This document shows, piece by piece, positions 18,322-27,694 of a DNA stretch of 64,000 nt. Location of the stretch: positions 166,254-230,253 of the IMG/VR virus record IMGVR_UViG_3300032770_000002; one strand, 5' to 3'. Made by a program: the position numbers and the translations under genes. Under the pieces are notes generated by a model, which ran no database searches, had not been told where the DNA came from, and saw only the letters and a list, made by a program, of their open reading frames with translations. Each line of letters opens with the position of its first letter. Position 1 is the first letter of the stretch.

Positions 18322-21135
18322 ATGAATGAGCCAATGCCAACACTGAATGAGCGCGTTGAGATCTTAGATGACCTACCAAAACCGATAATTGACGACGCTT
18401 CTGCTGCACCTGAACCAGCTCGCCTGACGCGAGTCTTTTCAAAGTCAGGAATTTGCCCATTTGACGACGTCACGTGGATCAAGCGAGACGTCGACATCAC
18501 CGATGACAAGGGTAAGGTCGTCTTCACGCAGAAGGGCGTCGAGACTCCAGAATTTTGGTCCGACCTGGCTGTCAAGATCGTCGCTTCGAAGTATTTTTGG
18601 GGCGAAAAGAACACCGACCAGCGTGAACACTCCGTGCGCCAGTTGATTCATCGCGTGTGTGACACCATTGCGACGTGGGCCGTTGAAGGACGATACGTTC
18701 ACCCTGACGACGAGACGCTCTTCTACAACGAACTTTGCTGGCTTTGCCTGCATCAACACGCGTCTTTTAATTCGCCCGTTTGGTTTAACGTTGGGCTGTT
18801 CCACCAATATGAAGCCGGGCGCGGCAGTGAAGGCGGGTGGGCTTGGGACCAAGACCTCGGCGAAGCTGTGAGGGTCAGGACGATGTATGAGAAGCCACAG
18901 TGCTCGGCTTGCTTCATCGTGTCCGTCGCTGACAACATGGAGGCACTCCTTGACTTGGCCAAGACTGAGGCGATGCTCTTCAAGTTTGGAAGCGGAACTG
19001 GGACGGACCTGACGCCCATTCGTTCATTTCGTGAGAAACTCTCCGGCGGTGGGTCGCCGTCAGGCCCGATGAGTTTTTTGCGCGTCTACGACCAGGTTGC
19101 TGGCATCGTCAAGTCAGGCGGCCGAACTCGTCGTGCGGCGAAGATGAACACCATCCGTGACTGGCACCCTGACATCGAGGAGTTCATTAACGCGAAGCCA
19201 GTTGAGGAACGAAAAGCGCGGGCCCTAATCGAGTCAGGCTATGATGGCTCCATTAACGGTGACGCCTACTCGAGCGTGATGTATCAGAATGAGAACCTTT
19301 CTGTTCGAGTCAGCGACCAGTTCATGAAGGCAGCCACGAATGGCGATGGAACGTGGTGGACAAAAGCGGTCACGAGTGGAGACCGGGTTGAGAAGAAAGA
19401 CGCCAAGGACTTGCTGCACAAGATGGCCGAAGCAGCTTGGTTCTGTGGTGACCCAGGCGTGCAGTTTGACGGCGTCATCCAGCGTTACCACACGTGTGCT
19501 GGAACGGAGCCGATTCACAGCACAAACCCATGTGCTGAATATGTCTTCATCAACAACACGTCGTGCAACCTCGCCTCAATTAACCTCGTCAAGTTCATGG
19601 AAGGCGAGGTGTTCAACGTCGAGCGGTTCAAAGCCGCGGTGCGGCTCATCTTTACGGCCCAAGAGATCTTGTTTGACAACTCGAGCTATCCAACCAAGAC
19701 GATTGCCGAGAACTCGCACATCTTCAGGACTGTAGGGCTTGGCTTTGCGAACCTTGGCTCGCTGTTGATGGGCCTTGGCATTCCATATAACTCTGACCAA
19801 GGCCGTAGCATTGCCGCTTCGATTACGGCCATCATGACGGGTGAAGCTTACGCCACGTCGGCTGGAATGGCCAAGACGCTGGGACCGTTTCCGGGGTTCT
19901 ATGACGCGCGCTGTTCGCACGTCAAGCACCCGGTCAAGGCGAACAATGTTGAGTCGATGCGCGACGTCTTAAACCTCCACGCCGCACACGCGAGCAAGCT
20001 CAAGACTCCAGGGCACCGCTATCTCGATGCCGCCGCAAACGAGTGTTGGCTGCGGGCGATTGGACTGTTCAACTGCCACGGTGTGCGCAACGCCCAGGCA
20101 ACGGTCATTGCGCCAACTGGAACGATCGCATTCATGATGGACTGCGACACGACCGGGATAGAGCCAGAGCTTAGCTTGGTCAAGGTTAAGTCGCTCATCG
20201 GTGGCGGGTCCTTGACGATCGTCAATCGCTCCATCGGTCGGGTGCTTCGCCAGCTCGGCTACAGTGAGCCTGAAATTGATGCCGCGATCAAACACGTGGA
20301 GAAATATGGCCACCTTGAGGCCATCAGCGAGGACATCAAGTCGCCGCTCAGGATTGACGACCACCACGACGTCTTTGACACGTCACTGCCGGCCGGGCCG
20401 AGCAAGCGCTCCATCCCATACATGGCCCACGTCCAGATGATGGCTGCAGTTCAGCCGTTCATCTCTGGGGCGATTTCAAAGACGATCAACATGCCAGAAA
20501 GCTCCACGGTCGAAGACGTGAAGCAGGCTTACGTGGAAGCGTGGAAGTCTGGTCTGAAGTGTGTGGCCATCTACCGTGATGGCTCTAAACGAGCCCAGCC
20601 ATTAAACGTCAAAAAGTTTGGTCAAGACAAAGCAGCGGACCCGGCGTTAAATGGCCACGGTGTTTATCTCCCAAATCGACACCGGCTCCCTGACACCCGG
20701 AAGGCCGTGACGCACAAGTTCAGCGTTGGTGGCCATGAGGGTTACCTGACTGTCGGCCTCTTTGAAAACGACATGCCAGGTGAGCTGTTCATCACGATGG
20801 CCAAGGAGGGTTCGACGGTAGGCGGCCTGATGGACACGATTGGCACGCTGACAAGTTTGGCGCTGCAGTATGGCGTGCCACTCGAAGCTTTAATCCGCAA
20901 GTTTCGGTCAACTCACTTCGAGCCATCTGGCATTACGACAAATCCAAAAATCCGGATGTCGGCCTCGATCATCGACTACATATTCCACTGGATGGCCCTT
21001 GAATTTGACCACGATGACGAAGTTTCCAGCGTCAGTGACGAGGTAAAGACGTGCCCACATTGCGGCCACGTGGCGCAGCGTAGTGGGACGTGTTACACTT
21101 GCACGAATTGCGGAAGCAGTCTCGGTTGCAGTTGA
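18322..21135 (+). CDS. nrdJ: class II (B12-dependent) ribonucleotide reductase
   Basis: FNSPVWFN, QCSACF, GGRTRRAAKM, TNPCAE, CNLASINL, IAPTGTI, ISGAISKTIN; TSCPD domain and C-terminal Zn ribbon. Confidence 0.95.
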   Translation: MNEPMPTLNERVEILDDLPKPIIDDASAAPEPARLTRVFSKSGICPFDDVTWIKRDVDITDDKGKVVFTQKGVETPEFWSDLAVKIVASKYFWGEKNTDQREHSVRQLIHRVCDTIATWAVEGRYVHPDDETLFYNELCWLCLHQHASFNSPVWFNVGLFHQYEAGRGSEGGWAWDQDLGEAVRVRTMYEKPQCSACFIVSVADNMEALLDLAKTEAMLFKFGSGTGTDLTPIRSFREKLSGGGSPSGPMSFLRVYDQVAGIVKSGGRTRRAAKMNTIRDWHPDIEEFINAKPVEERKARALIESGYDGSINGDAYSSVMYQNENLSVRVSDQFMKAATNGDGTWWTKAVTSGDRVEKKDAKDLLHKMAEAAWFCGDPGVQFDGVIQRYHTCAGTEPIHSTNPCAEYVFINNTSCNLASINLVKFMEGEVFNVERFKAAVRLIFTAQEILFDNSSYPTKTIAENSHIFRTVGLGFANLGSLLMGLGIPYNSDQGRSIAASITAIMTGEAYATSAGMAKTLGPFPGFYDARCSHVKHPVKANNVESMRDVLNLHAAHASKLKTPGHRYLDAAANECWLRAIGLFNCHGVRNAQATVIAPTGTIAFMMDCDTTGIEPELSLVKVKSLIGGGSLTIVNRSIGRVLRQLGYSEPEIDAAIKHVEKYGHLEAISEDIKSPLRIDDHHDVFDTSLPAGPSKRSIPYMAHVQMMAAVQPFISGAISKTINMPESSTVEDVKQAYVEAWKSGLKCVAIYRDGSKRAQPLNVKKFGQDKAADPALNGHGVYLPNRHRLPDTRKAVTHKFSVGGHEGYLTVGLFENDMPGELFITMAKEGSTVGGLMDTIGTLTSLALQYGVPLEALIRKFRSTHFEPSGITTNPKIRMSASIIDYIFHWMALEFDHDDEVSSVSDEVKTCPHCGHVAQRSGTCYTCTNCGSSLGCS

Positions 21136-21144
21136 GAAAGTCAC

Positions 21145-21441
21145 GTGATGAAAAAAGGCAAGAAGTCGGACAAGAAAATTGGCAAAAAACTCGAGAAGGT
21201 TTTGTTTCATGGGCTGGACCCTAAGATGTGCGACCTTCTTCGCCCGTCAGTGGAAAAGCTGAACAACACCGAAAAAGGCCTGCTCACGTTGATGGTCTTG
21301 ACACAGCGGGCCCACTCGAAGTTCATGCAGGAAGTCATGAATGAATTGATTCCAATGCAGTCGATGAATACGCCGGCGGCGAACGTCTTTTATCCAGACA
21401 TCGTTCACCGGAACGGCAGTAAGAAGAAGTCCAAGAAGTAA
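21145..21441 (+). CDS. hypothetical basic protein
   Basis: 98-aa ORF with Lys-rich ends. Confidence 0.55.
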   Translation: MMKKGKKSDKKIGKKLEKVLFHGLDPKMCDLLRPSVEKLNNTEKGLLTLMVLTQRAHSKFMQEVMNELIPMQSMNTPAANVFYPDIVHRNGSKKKSKK

Positions 21442-21451
21442 CGTATTTTTG

Positions 21452-21480
21452 TTTACAAACGTCTCTCTCCCGTGTAGATT
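21452..21480 (+). promoter_or_regulatory. class 1 promoter
   Basis: TTTACA-N17-TAGATT; in-frame GTG 7 nt later (21488). Confidence 0.7.
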
Positions 21481-21487
21481 ATGGCTC

Positions 21488-21772
21488 GTGAAGACGCTCA
21501 ATTTGCAAGTCGGTGCGATGTGCGGCATGCCAAGCCAGACGTGCCTCATGTCCAAGAAAAATCGTGAAGCTCTTCAACTTGACGTCAACGGCCTGGTCGT
21601 TGTGCGGTCCAATGACCAAGACACCTCGGTGGTTCGACGCATCCTTAAGGCTCCAAACATCCCGCAAAAGGACGCCTTCGTGTTCTTGTCACCTGACGAC
21701 CTAAACTTGCTCAATGTCAACATTGCAGACAACGTCGAGCTCAGCCAAGACACCGAGGGAGTGGAGACTTAG
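21488..21772 (+). CDS. hypothetical protein
   Basis: ORF, start reassigned to the GTG after the promoter. Confidence 0.55.
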   Translation: MKTLNLQVGAMCGMPSQTCLMSKKNREALQLDVNGLVVVRSNDQDTSVVRRILKAPNIPQKDAFVFLSPDDLNLLNVNIADNVELSQDTEGVET

Positions 21773-22544
21773 CGACTTTCTTTTAAACGAAACCGAAGTG
21801 GCCTATCTGACGTGTTTGGCTAACGTCATGGACAATGGAAAACCGACCGGTCCAAGGGGCCAGCAAACGCGTGAAGTCTTAAACGCGTCATTCAAAATCA
21901 GGCACCCATCTTCAGCCCCAATTCGAACGTGTGACCTAGAACGGAACAAGGTCATTGCGGAGTATACCCACAAGGAGATGGAGCTTTATCTTAGCGGTTC
22001 GAATAGCGTCAGTGACTTTGCAAAGGCAAGCCAATTCTGGAAGAAAATTGCCAACCCAGATGGGACCATCAATTCGGCCTACGGTTATTTGATTTGGCAC
22101 GAGAAAAGCTGTGGTGACCCAACAATGGAGGTCCCACATTTTGAACCAGGACGGATGAATGGAAGTTTGGCCATGCGGACTCCGTGGGAGTGGGCCCGCA
22201 ATTCCATGCTTCAAGATAAGGACACCAGACAAGCATTCCTTCGGTTTAGCCTGCCACGTCACCAGTGGGTCGGCAACCGCGACCAAGTCTGCACGATGCA
22301 CGGTCACTTTGTCATCCGCGACGACAAGCTGAACTTCTCCATCGTGATGCGGTCAAATGATTGTTTTAAGGGCCTCGTCTATGACCTTCCGTTTTTCATT
22401 AAGCTCATGGAATTGATGGCCGACGAGCTGAAGCCGACTTATCCAAATCTCCAAGTTGGCGAGTATTTTCACCTCGCCCACAGTCTCCACATCTACGAGT
22501 CAGACATCCCAAAGATCTTGAAGATGCTAGGCAGTTCTGCTTAG
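21714..22544 (+). CDS. thymidylate synthase homologue, probable dCMP (hydroxy)methylase type
   Basis: NSAYG, DTRQA, DQVCT (catalytic Cys), MRSNDCFKGLVYD (Asp at the E. coli ThyA N177 position), HSLHIYE; start uncertain. Confidence 0.8.
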   Translation: MSTLQTTSSSAKTPREWRLSDFLLNETEVAYLTCLANVMDNGKPTGPRGQQTREVLNASFKIRHPSSAPIRTCDLERNKVIAEYTHKEMELYLSGSNSVSDFAKASQFWKKIANPDGTINSAYGYLIWHEKSCGDPTMEVPHFEPGRMNGSLAMRTPWEWARNSMLQDKDTRQAFLRFSLPRHQWVGNRDQVCTMHGHFVIRDDKLNFSIVMRSNDCFKGLVYDLPFFIKLMELMADELKPTYPNLQVGEYFHLAHSLHIYESDIPKILKMLGSSA

Positions 22545-22545
22545 T

Positions 22546-23055
22546 GTGTCAAGACAAATCGTCCACTACTTGGGCCACGGCATGTCAGCCTGCATGCGGG
22601 AAGGGCCCCCTTCGCTGTGGCCTGACAACCATAAGTGGTCAAGTGACTGGAAGGACGTTACATGTGGAGAATGTCTCCTTGGAAAAAACGAAGTCCACAC
22701 GTTCATGATTTCGCCTGATGGTCGAAGCATCACGTGTCTTCGGTGCCACATGACGAGCTTTAATCCAACGGACGTCGAGCGACACTACTGCAGCTACTGT
22801 GATGTCTTCCATGACGACCTTTGGCCTCCAGCAAGGCGGGCGTGGATGCATTCACTTCTGGCCACGGTTAACCAAGTCTATGACGAAGACACGTTTTCGG
22901 TGACGGATCGACAAGGACAATCACACTGCATTTACGTTTCCAACCATGACGTCAATGTTGGCGACATCGGCATTCTTCGATATAACGATCGTGATTGGTC
23001 TTGGAAGCGGTTGGAAAAGCGCGAAACCGGCGTCGTCCTGATCTCCAGAAAATAA
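22546..23055 (+). CDS. Cys/His-rich hypothetical protein
   Basis: VTCGEC, ITCLRC..YCSYC..FH; GTTCTG 6 nt upstream. Confidence 0.6.
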   Translation: MSRQIVHYLGHGMSACMREGPPSLWPDNHKWSSDWKDVTCGECLLGKNEVHTFMISPDGRSITCLRCHMTSFNPTDVERHYCSYCDVFHDDLWPPARRAWMHSLLATVNQVYDEDTFSVTDRQGQSHCIYVSNHDVNVGDIGILRYNDRDWSWKRLEKRETGVVLISRK

Positions 23056-23058
23056 TTG

Positions 23059-23086
23059 TTTACAAACCTCAGAAGTGTGGTATATT
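23059..23086 (+). promoter_or_regulatory. class 1 promoter, leaderless
   Basis: TTTACA-N16-TATATT; ATG at 23093. Confidence 0.85.
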
Positions 23087-23092
23087 GGTTCC

Positions 23093-23281
23093 ATGAGTGA
23101 TGCACTTCGAGACAAAAATGGACGTGCCATCGGTTACGTGACCGAGGACAGCAGCCGCAAAACGGTCCGTGACGTCAACGGCCGGCCTCAAGGCAGCTAC
23201 GACTCACGAGACAACGCAACTCGCGATAAAAATGGGCGCGTGACCGGATACGGTGACCAGACATTCGGCTTTCTTCGATAA
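23093..23281 (+). CDS. small protein with three RDxNGR repeats
   Basis: LRDKNGRAIG / VRDVNGRPQG / TRDKNGRVTG. Confidence 0.7.
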   Translation: MSDALRDKNGRAIGYVTEDSSRKTVRDVNGRPQGSYDSRDNATRDKNGRVTGYGDQTFGFLR

Positions 23282-24531
23282 TGAACTTGACGACATCAGT
23301 TGGGTTTGAACTCGAGTTTAGCGGGTCAAATCTTGACCGTGTTGAACGCGAGCTTCGCTCTAAGGGGATCGACTGTCACAATTACGGCCGGTGGCGCCAC
23401 TCTGACGGCGACCTGTGGGACCTTAAGACCGACTCGTCATGTGGGTTTGAAGCCGTCAGCCCGATATTGCAGACCTATGAGGAGCTGGTTGATGCTGCTG
23501 GTGTCGGCGCCTTGATCGCCAATGTCGGTGGAACTGCGACAGAGAGGTGCGGGCTTCACGTTCACATCGGCGGCGGTGACTTCAGTTCGCTTCAACTTGA
23601 AAACGTCTTTCGATTTTTCACACGGTATGAGTTCGCCTTTTTTCTCATGGTGCCTCCGGCTAGGCGGACAAACATCTACTGCAAGCGGCTTTCACCAGCT
23701 ACGATCAACTCAATCAAGCGGGCGTCATTTCAGCGCAATGACTGGTGGATTCACACGTGGACTGACAAGAATGTCTGGCTGAATGGGCGCCGTTGGCCGG
23801 ACATCAGGACGCTTGAGTTTCGCATCATGCCCGGGTCACTCAGCCCATACTTCATCATTGGCTACGTGACGTTTCTTCAGTGCGTGATCAACACGGTCAA
23901 GGACCGAACGATTAACTGGGGCATGGCTCGCAGCAAGGATGACCGCTCGCTCTTCCAGACGATGCTTGGTCAGTCCGGATTTTATGGCCCATGGATTAGT
24001 GAAGACCTTAAGGAACTCTACCTCACCGGGCGCAAGTGGGCGATCGAGCGGTATAAGCTGGCGAACGAGTTAGTGTCGGGTTTCTTTGAAATGACGCGGG
24101 TCGTTCCTAAAATCCCGTCGGTCGACTGCCGGCCAAGTTGGGACCGTGGAGACACATCGCTCCCACAACGGACACGCCGTGTGAGGCGACGAGTGCCGGA
24201 AGTAGAGGTGCGAAGCCCCGCGTCATCTCCGCCTCCGCCATCGACGGCTTATTCACCGATTCAGCAGCCTCAGTTTATAAGCTCAACGCCTGTGGTGACG
24301 TCATTTGCTACTCAGACGACGCAGACGATGCCAGAAATTTCAATCAGCAACGCTACCACTACTTCCGGCGATTGGATTGTCTCATGGGGACAAGGAGGAA
24401 CGAGCCACTTGAACATGGGCCAAGCTTCTAGCTCAGCGGAAACAACTCCAACCGCAGAACGCAGTGAAACGACAGCAACTCCGCCGACGCCGTCGTCCGA
24501 ATCTACACCGTCTGAATCTCAGGGCTCGTAG
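23281..24531 (+). CDS. putative amidoligase 2
   Basis: VGFELEF, TDSSCGFEAVSP, CGLHVHIG, NIYC, TLEFR; long S/T/P-rich tail. Confidence 0.82.
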   Translation: MNLTTSVGFELEFSGSNLDRVERELRSKGIDCHNYGRWRHSDGDLWDLKTDSSCGFEAVSPILQTYEELVDAAGVGALIANVGGTATERCGLHVHIGGGDFSSLQLENVFRFFTRYEFAFFLMVPPARRTNIYCKRLSPATINSIKRASFQRNDWWIHTWTDKNVWLNGRRWPDIRTLEFRIMPGSLSPYFIIGYVTFLQCVINTVKDRTINWGMARSKDDRSLFQTMLGQSGFYGPWISEDLKELYLTGRKWAIERYKLANELVSGFFEMTRVVPKIPSVDCRPSWDRGDTSLPQRTRRVRRRVPEVEVRSPASSPPPPSTAYSPIQQPQFISSTPVVTSFATQTTQTMPEISISNATTTSGDWIVSWGQGGTSHLNMGQASSSAETTPTAERSETTATPPTPSSESTPSESQGS

Positions 24532-24541
24532 TTAGCCCAAG

Positions 24542-25702
24542 ATGAGACAGGCAAAAGCTACTATCGACCAGCTGTTTGAGCGCCAGATTGATGAGATCTG
24601 GCGCCCTCCAAATCTTCCCGATAAGGAGCCTGAAGACATCTTTCAAGACACCATGGACCGCGCTTACGCGGGCTATGAGCAAAAGGCTGGTCGACAGCAG
24701 GTTAATCGGGCATTCGACAACCGTGAAAAGCAGTCCGGTCATCGTAATTTTCTAGACGCTTTGGCGGAACCCGAACAACTTGCAGTCGTCTTCGGGAACC
24801 TCAACTATCAAGTTGAAAATGGCGGATTCACACAGTGGATCGACAACAATTATTACGAAGACACGATCGACAGGCTGCGTGAATTTGGTGACCGATTCAA
24901 GGAACGATTTCCAGTTTTAGGCCGGGTGTTAGCGATCATCGATGAGTTGGAGGAGTATGCCTCGAATTTTGGCGAGGACATGACCCTGCCCAAGTTGACC
25001 GGCCGCGAGTGGGATGAGGACATCGGCAACGCCTTTTACGATGAGGATTGGGACAGGCTCAACGAGCTTACGGGCGGAACTGACATCGACAAGCGCAGGG
25101 TTGACGACGCCACGGAGGATGTGCTCAAGGACATGATCGAACTTTCGGTCGATGAGTCAGAGACCGAAGGCCAGTTTTACTGGGCGATTAAGCGGTCACG
25201 CCTGCATGGCCACGATGAGGAGATTGAGCGTTCGAGCATGACATATGCTGACGAGGACCAGGCTTACGAAGCGGGTGAAAAGAGAGCTGAGGAACTCCAA
25301 AAAGAAGCCATGGAGGAGCAGAATGAGCTCTACGACTTAGCCCGTGAGGAAGCAAAGAATGAACTGGAAAAGGAGCTGCGTGAGGGTCTTGACAAAGACG
25401 TTCATCGGACTTTTGAACGAGCCGACCACGACTATTACGCGATTCACACCGAGGTTCTTGACGCAATTTCTAGCATCCTTCGCACGGAATATAACGTCAA
25501 TTCGTCATTCAGTCAATTTTTCACTCAGGCCATGGGCAAGGTCCGTCAGTCACTTAAACGCGTGGCCGATGTAGCTCGACAAAAACTCTCGTCCGGACTT
25601 GGACGGGCAGCTGGAGCATTGACTCGAGCTTCACAGAAAGTTCGTCCGGGAGAATCTGCGGAAGAATCTGCGAAAGACTCGATCTGTCGACTCATCTCAT
25701 AG
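24542..25702 (+). CDS. acidic protein with DMP19/DUF4375-like motif
   Basis: LNYQVENGGFTQWIDNNY...ADHDYY; D/E-rich middle. Confidence 0.6.
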   Translation: MRQAKATIDQLFERQIDEIWRPPNLPDKEPEDIFQDTMDRAYAGYEQKAGRQQVNRAFDNREKQSGHRNFLDALAEPEQLAVVFGNLNYQVENGGFTQWIDNNYYEDTIDRLREFGDRFKERFPVLGRVLAIIDELEEYASNFGEDMTLPKLTGREWDEDIGNAFYDEDWDRLNELTGGTDIDKRRVDDATEDVLKDMIELSVDESETEGQFYWAIKRSRLHGHDEEIERSSMTYADEDQAYEAGEKRAEELQKEAMEEQNELYDLAREEAKNELEKELREGLDKDVHRTFERADHDYYAIHTEVLDAISSILRTEYNVNSSFSQFFTQAMGKVRQSLKRVADVARQKLSSGLGRAAGALTRASQKVRPGESAEESAKDSICRLIS

Positions 25703-25718
25703 CCTGGGAGGTCAGGAC

Positions 25719-26021
25719 ATGATTATGGGCCGAGAACAGACAAAAGGAGGAACAAGCCTGCTTCAGGCCATTCAGATGATCTTAGTCGCAGTCATGCTGG
25801 GGGCCATCTCATGGATGGCAAACTCAATCGTTCAAAGCCGTGAGGAGATAGTTAGATTAAGGACTCAATTCGACGAGCGTAAAGCTACTGTCGATGATTT
25901 GGTCAAAACGCAGCAAGAGGTTTTGAGAACGTTGATTAGCCTGAGGGATGAAGATGCCAGGGCCGATCAACGAATTAGTCAGCTTGAACAGCGGGTTCAA
26001 CGTTTAGAAAAAAGTCCGTGA
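25719..26021 (+). CDS. membrane-anchored coiled-coil protein (lysis-related?)
   Basis: One N-terminal TM segment followed by heptad repeats. Confidence 0.55.
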   Translation: MIMGREQTKGGTSLLQAIQMILVAVMLGAISWMANSIVQSREEIVRLRTQFDERKATVDDLVKTQQEVLRTLISLRDEDARADQRISQLEQRVQRLEKSP

Positions 26022-26440
26022 AAAGCATCGTCAAATTCGCCTGGCTAAGCACCGGGTTGACGTCGTTGCTCACAGGTCTCGTTACGGGTCTTATGGGAAA
26101 GTTCAACGCTAAAATGGTGGCCAGCATATTAAGCTTGCTGACCATTGCCATCGCCACGTTTTTTGCAATGGGCTACATCTTCAACCAGCCAAATCTTTAT
26201 ACGTGGCCGACGAATGCCACCCCCGTGGCTCTTCCAACGTCGATCATCTTCATCATTGTCGGTTCATCCGTGTTCATTCTGTCAGCCAGAACGCACGGGG
26301 AAGTATATCATCGCTTTGATGTCGAGGACGATCGGTTGGACCTCGTTGAGAGGCGGGTCAATCGCGTTGAATCGATGGTCGCTGAATTACGCCATCAGAA
26401 TGGAAATGGCGAAGTCAGTTCGCGATCACACGATACTTGA
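26018..26440 (+). CDS. multi-TM membrane protein (holin-like?)
   Basis: About three hydrophobic segments and a charged C-terminus. Confidence 0.5.
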   Translation: MKSIVKFAWLSTGLTSLLTGLVTGLMGKFNAKMVASILSLLTIAIATFFAMGYIFNQPNLYTWPTNATPVALPTSIIFIIVGSSVFILSARTHGEVYHRFDVEDDRLDLVERRVNRVESMVAELRHQNGNGEVSSRSHDT

Positions 26441-26996
26441 ACTTAAACCAGTCCGAAGAGTCTTGTTCGGGACTTCCAAGCGGCCGATAAGGAGTGCCTT
26501 TTCGTTTCAACACAACGCCCTCGAACTCAGATCGAAGCGTGTGCTCAGTGAGCAGCTCCCCAAGCAGCCAGTCCTCTGTCACTGAAAACATCCACGGAAG
26601 TCCAAGTTGTCCACTGATCTTGACAGCCGCGGCTTGGCGCACGTCCGGTCCTTGGTCGAGGAGTGAAAAGCCGTCGACGCAGAGAGCCTCAAACGGGTAG
26701 AATTTTGACTTGTAGACCTCACCGTCGAGGACCATCAGTTTGCTGACGTGTGTGAAGTCTTTGGCGTTGAGCGCCGGGTGACGAAATTGTTCGGCTCGTC
26801 GATTGATGATTTGAACCTGTCCATTGATGACGGCCAAGACGGCACGGTCACCGTTGAGCTTTCGCTGGACGACGTCGCCGTTTTTCATGCGCGTCATCAG
26901 TTCTGTAATCTTTGACGCCGTCAATTCTTGGCCTTTGGTTGGCCGCATCGGGAACAGGGGAAAGCTCAGTCCTGGGACGATCAGAGTTCGATTCAT
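26415..26996 (-). CDS. ATP-dependent ligase / capping-type nucleotidyltransferase domain only
   Basis: KLNGDR (motif I), LDGEV (III), FEAL (IIIa), EGVVLK (IV), WFKFK (V); no OB domain. Confidence 0.75.
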   Translation of the reverse strand: MNRTLIVPGLSFPLFPMRPTKGQELTASKITELMTRMKNGDVVQRKLNGDRAVLAVINGQVQIINRRAEQFRHPALNAKDFTHVSKLMVLDGEVYKSKFYPFEALCVDGFSLLDQGPDVRQAAAVKISGQLGLPWMFSVTEDWLLGELLTEHTLRSEFEGVVLKRKGTPYRPLGSPEQDSSDWFKFKYRVIAN

Positions 26997-27002
26997 GGCT
27001 CA

Positions 27003-27030
27003 AATATAACGACCGGCCGTAATTTGTAAA
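27003..27030 (-). promoter_or_regulatory. class 1 promoter, leaderless (minus strand)
   Basis: TTTACA-N16-TATATT, then tgagcc-ATG (26996). Confidence 0.85.
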
Positions 27031-27044
27031 CAGAAAAATAATTG

Positions 27045-27073
27045 TTTACAAATTATGGAACTTGTGGTATATT
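27045..27073 (+). promoter_or_regulatory. class 1 promoter, leaderless
   Basis: TTTACA-N17-TATATT, then ccaccc-ATG (27080). Confidence 0.85.
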
Positions 27074-27079
27074 CCACCC

Positions 27080-27691
27080 ATGAACATCGCCACGATCGAT
27101 TTTCAGATGACGGTAAAGTCCAACGGGTGGTCGAGCGACAAGCTCAAATACGCCGACCTGGCCAAGGACGCTTCCATGCTTGTCGACATGCTCGACGACC
27201 TCGACGCGGACCTGGAAGTCATCACGTTCATCTTCAACGTCAGCATGACATACGATCAGGTCATGCGCATGTTCAGGCTTTTTGCCAAGGGCCGAAACCA
27301 CATGGCATACCACTTCGGCCGATCCTTGCAGGCGACGTCGGCATACGACCCTGATTACAGCCGTGACGGTCAGACGCTGGTTTTCCGGGACATCTGCAAG
27401 GTTGAAAATGCGTCGTGGGACGGGAACAAATCTGCTCCAGTCACAATCACGTTCGAGGACATCCTCAAAATTCAAAACCAACAGCTTCGCGGGTTTACGA
27501 TCGTGGCCAACCTGATTCGATTGGCCAACCTCATTGCGTGGTCCGTGGTGAATGACGTCAAGCTCTCACCAAAACCGGTGACGATGAAGACGTGGAACAC
27601 GATCACCATCTGGGGCGAGAGCCCGTGGACGAAAAAAGTCGAAGGTGTTGGAGCGGTCCCGGACGACGATGACCTTTACGCCGAGGAGTAA
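27080..27691 (+). CDS. hypothetical protein
   Basis: ORF starting 6 nt after the -10 element. Confidence 0.7.
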   Translation: MNIATIDFQMTVKSNGWSSDKLKYADLAKDASMLVDMLDDLDADLEVITFIFNVSMTYDQVMRMFRLFAKGRNHMAYHFGRSLQATSAYDPDYSRDGQTLVFRDICKVENASWDGNKSAPVTITFEDILKIQNQQLRGFTIVANLIRLANLIAWSVVNDVKLSPKPVTMKTWNTITIWGESPWTKKVEGVGAVPDDDDLYAEE

Positions 27692-27694
27692 CAC

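Noticed and set aside
18322-21135. Intein or intron in nrdJ, polA or terL
   Set aside because: Lengths are normal, and I saw no intein C/S...HN boundaries or LAGLIDADG motifs.
21714-22544. Canonical thyA
   Set aside because: It has Asp at the N177-equivalent site and lacks the usual PCH context, so the symbol was withheld.
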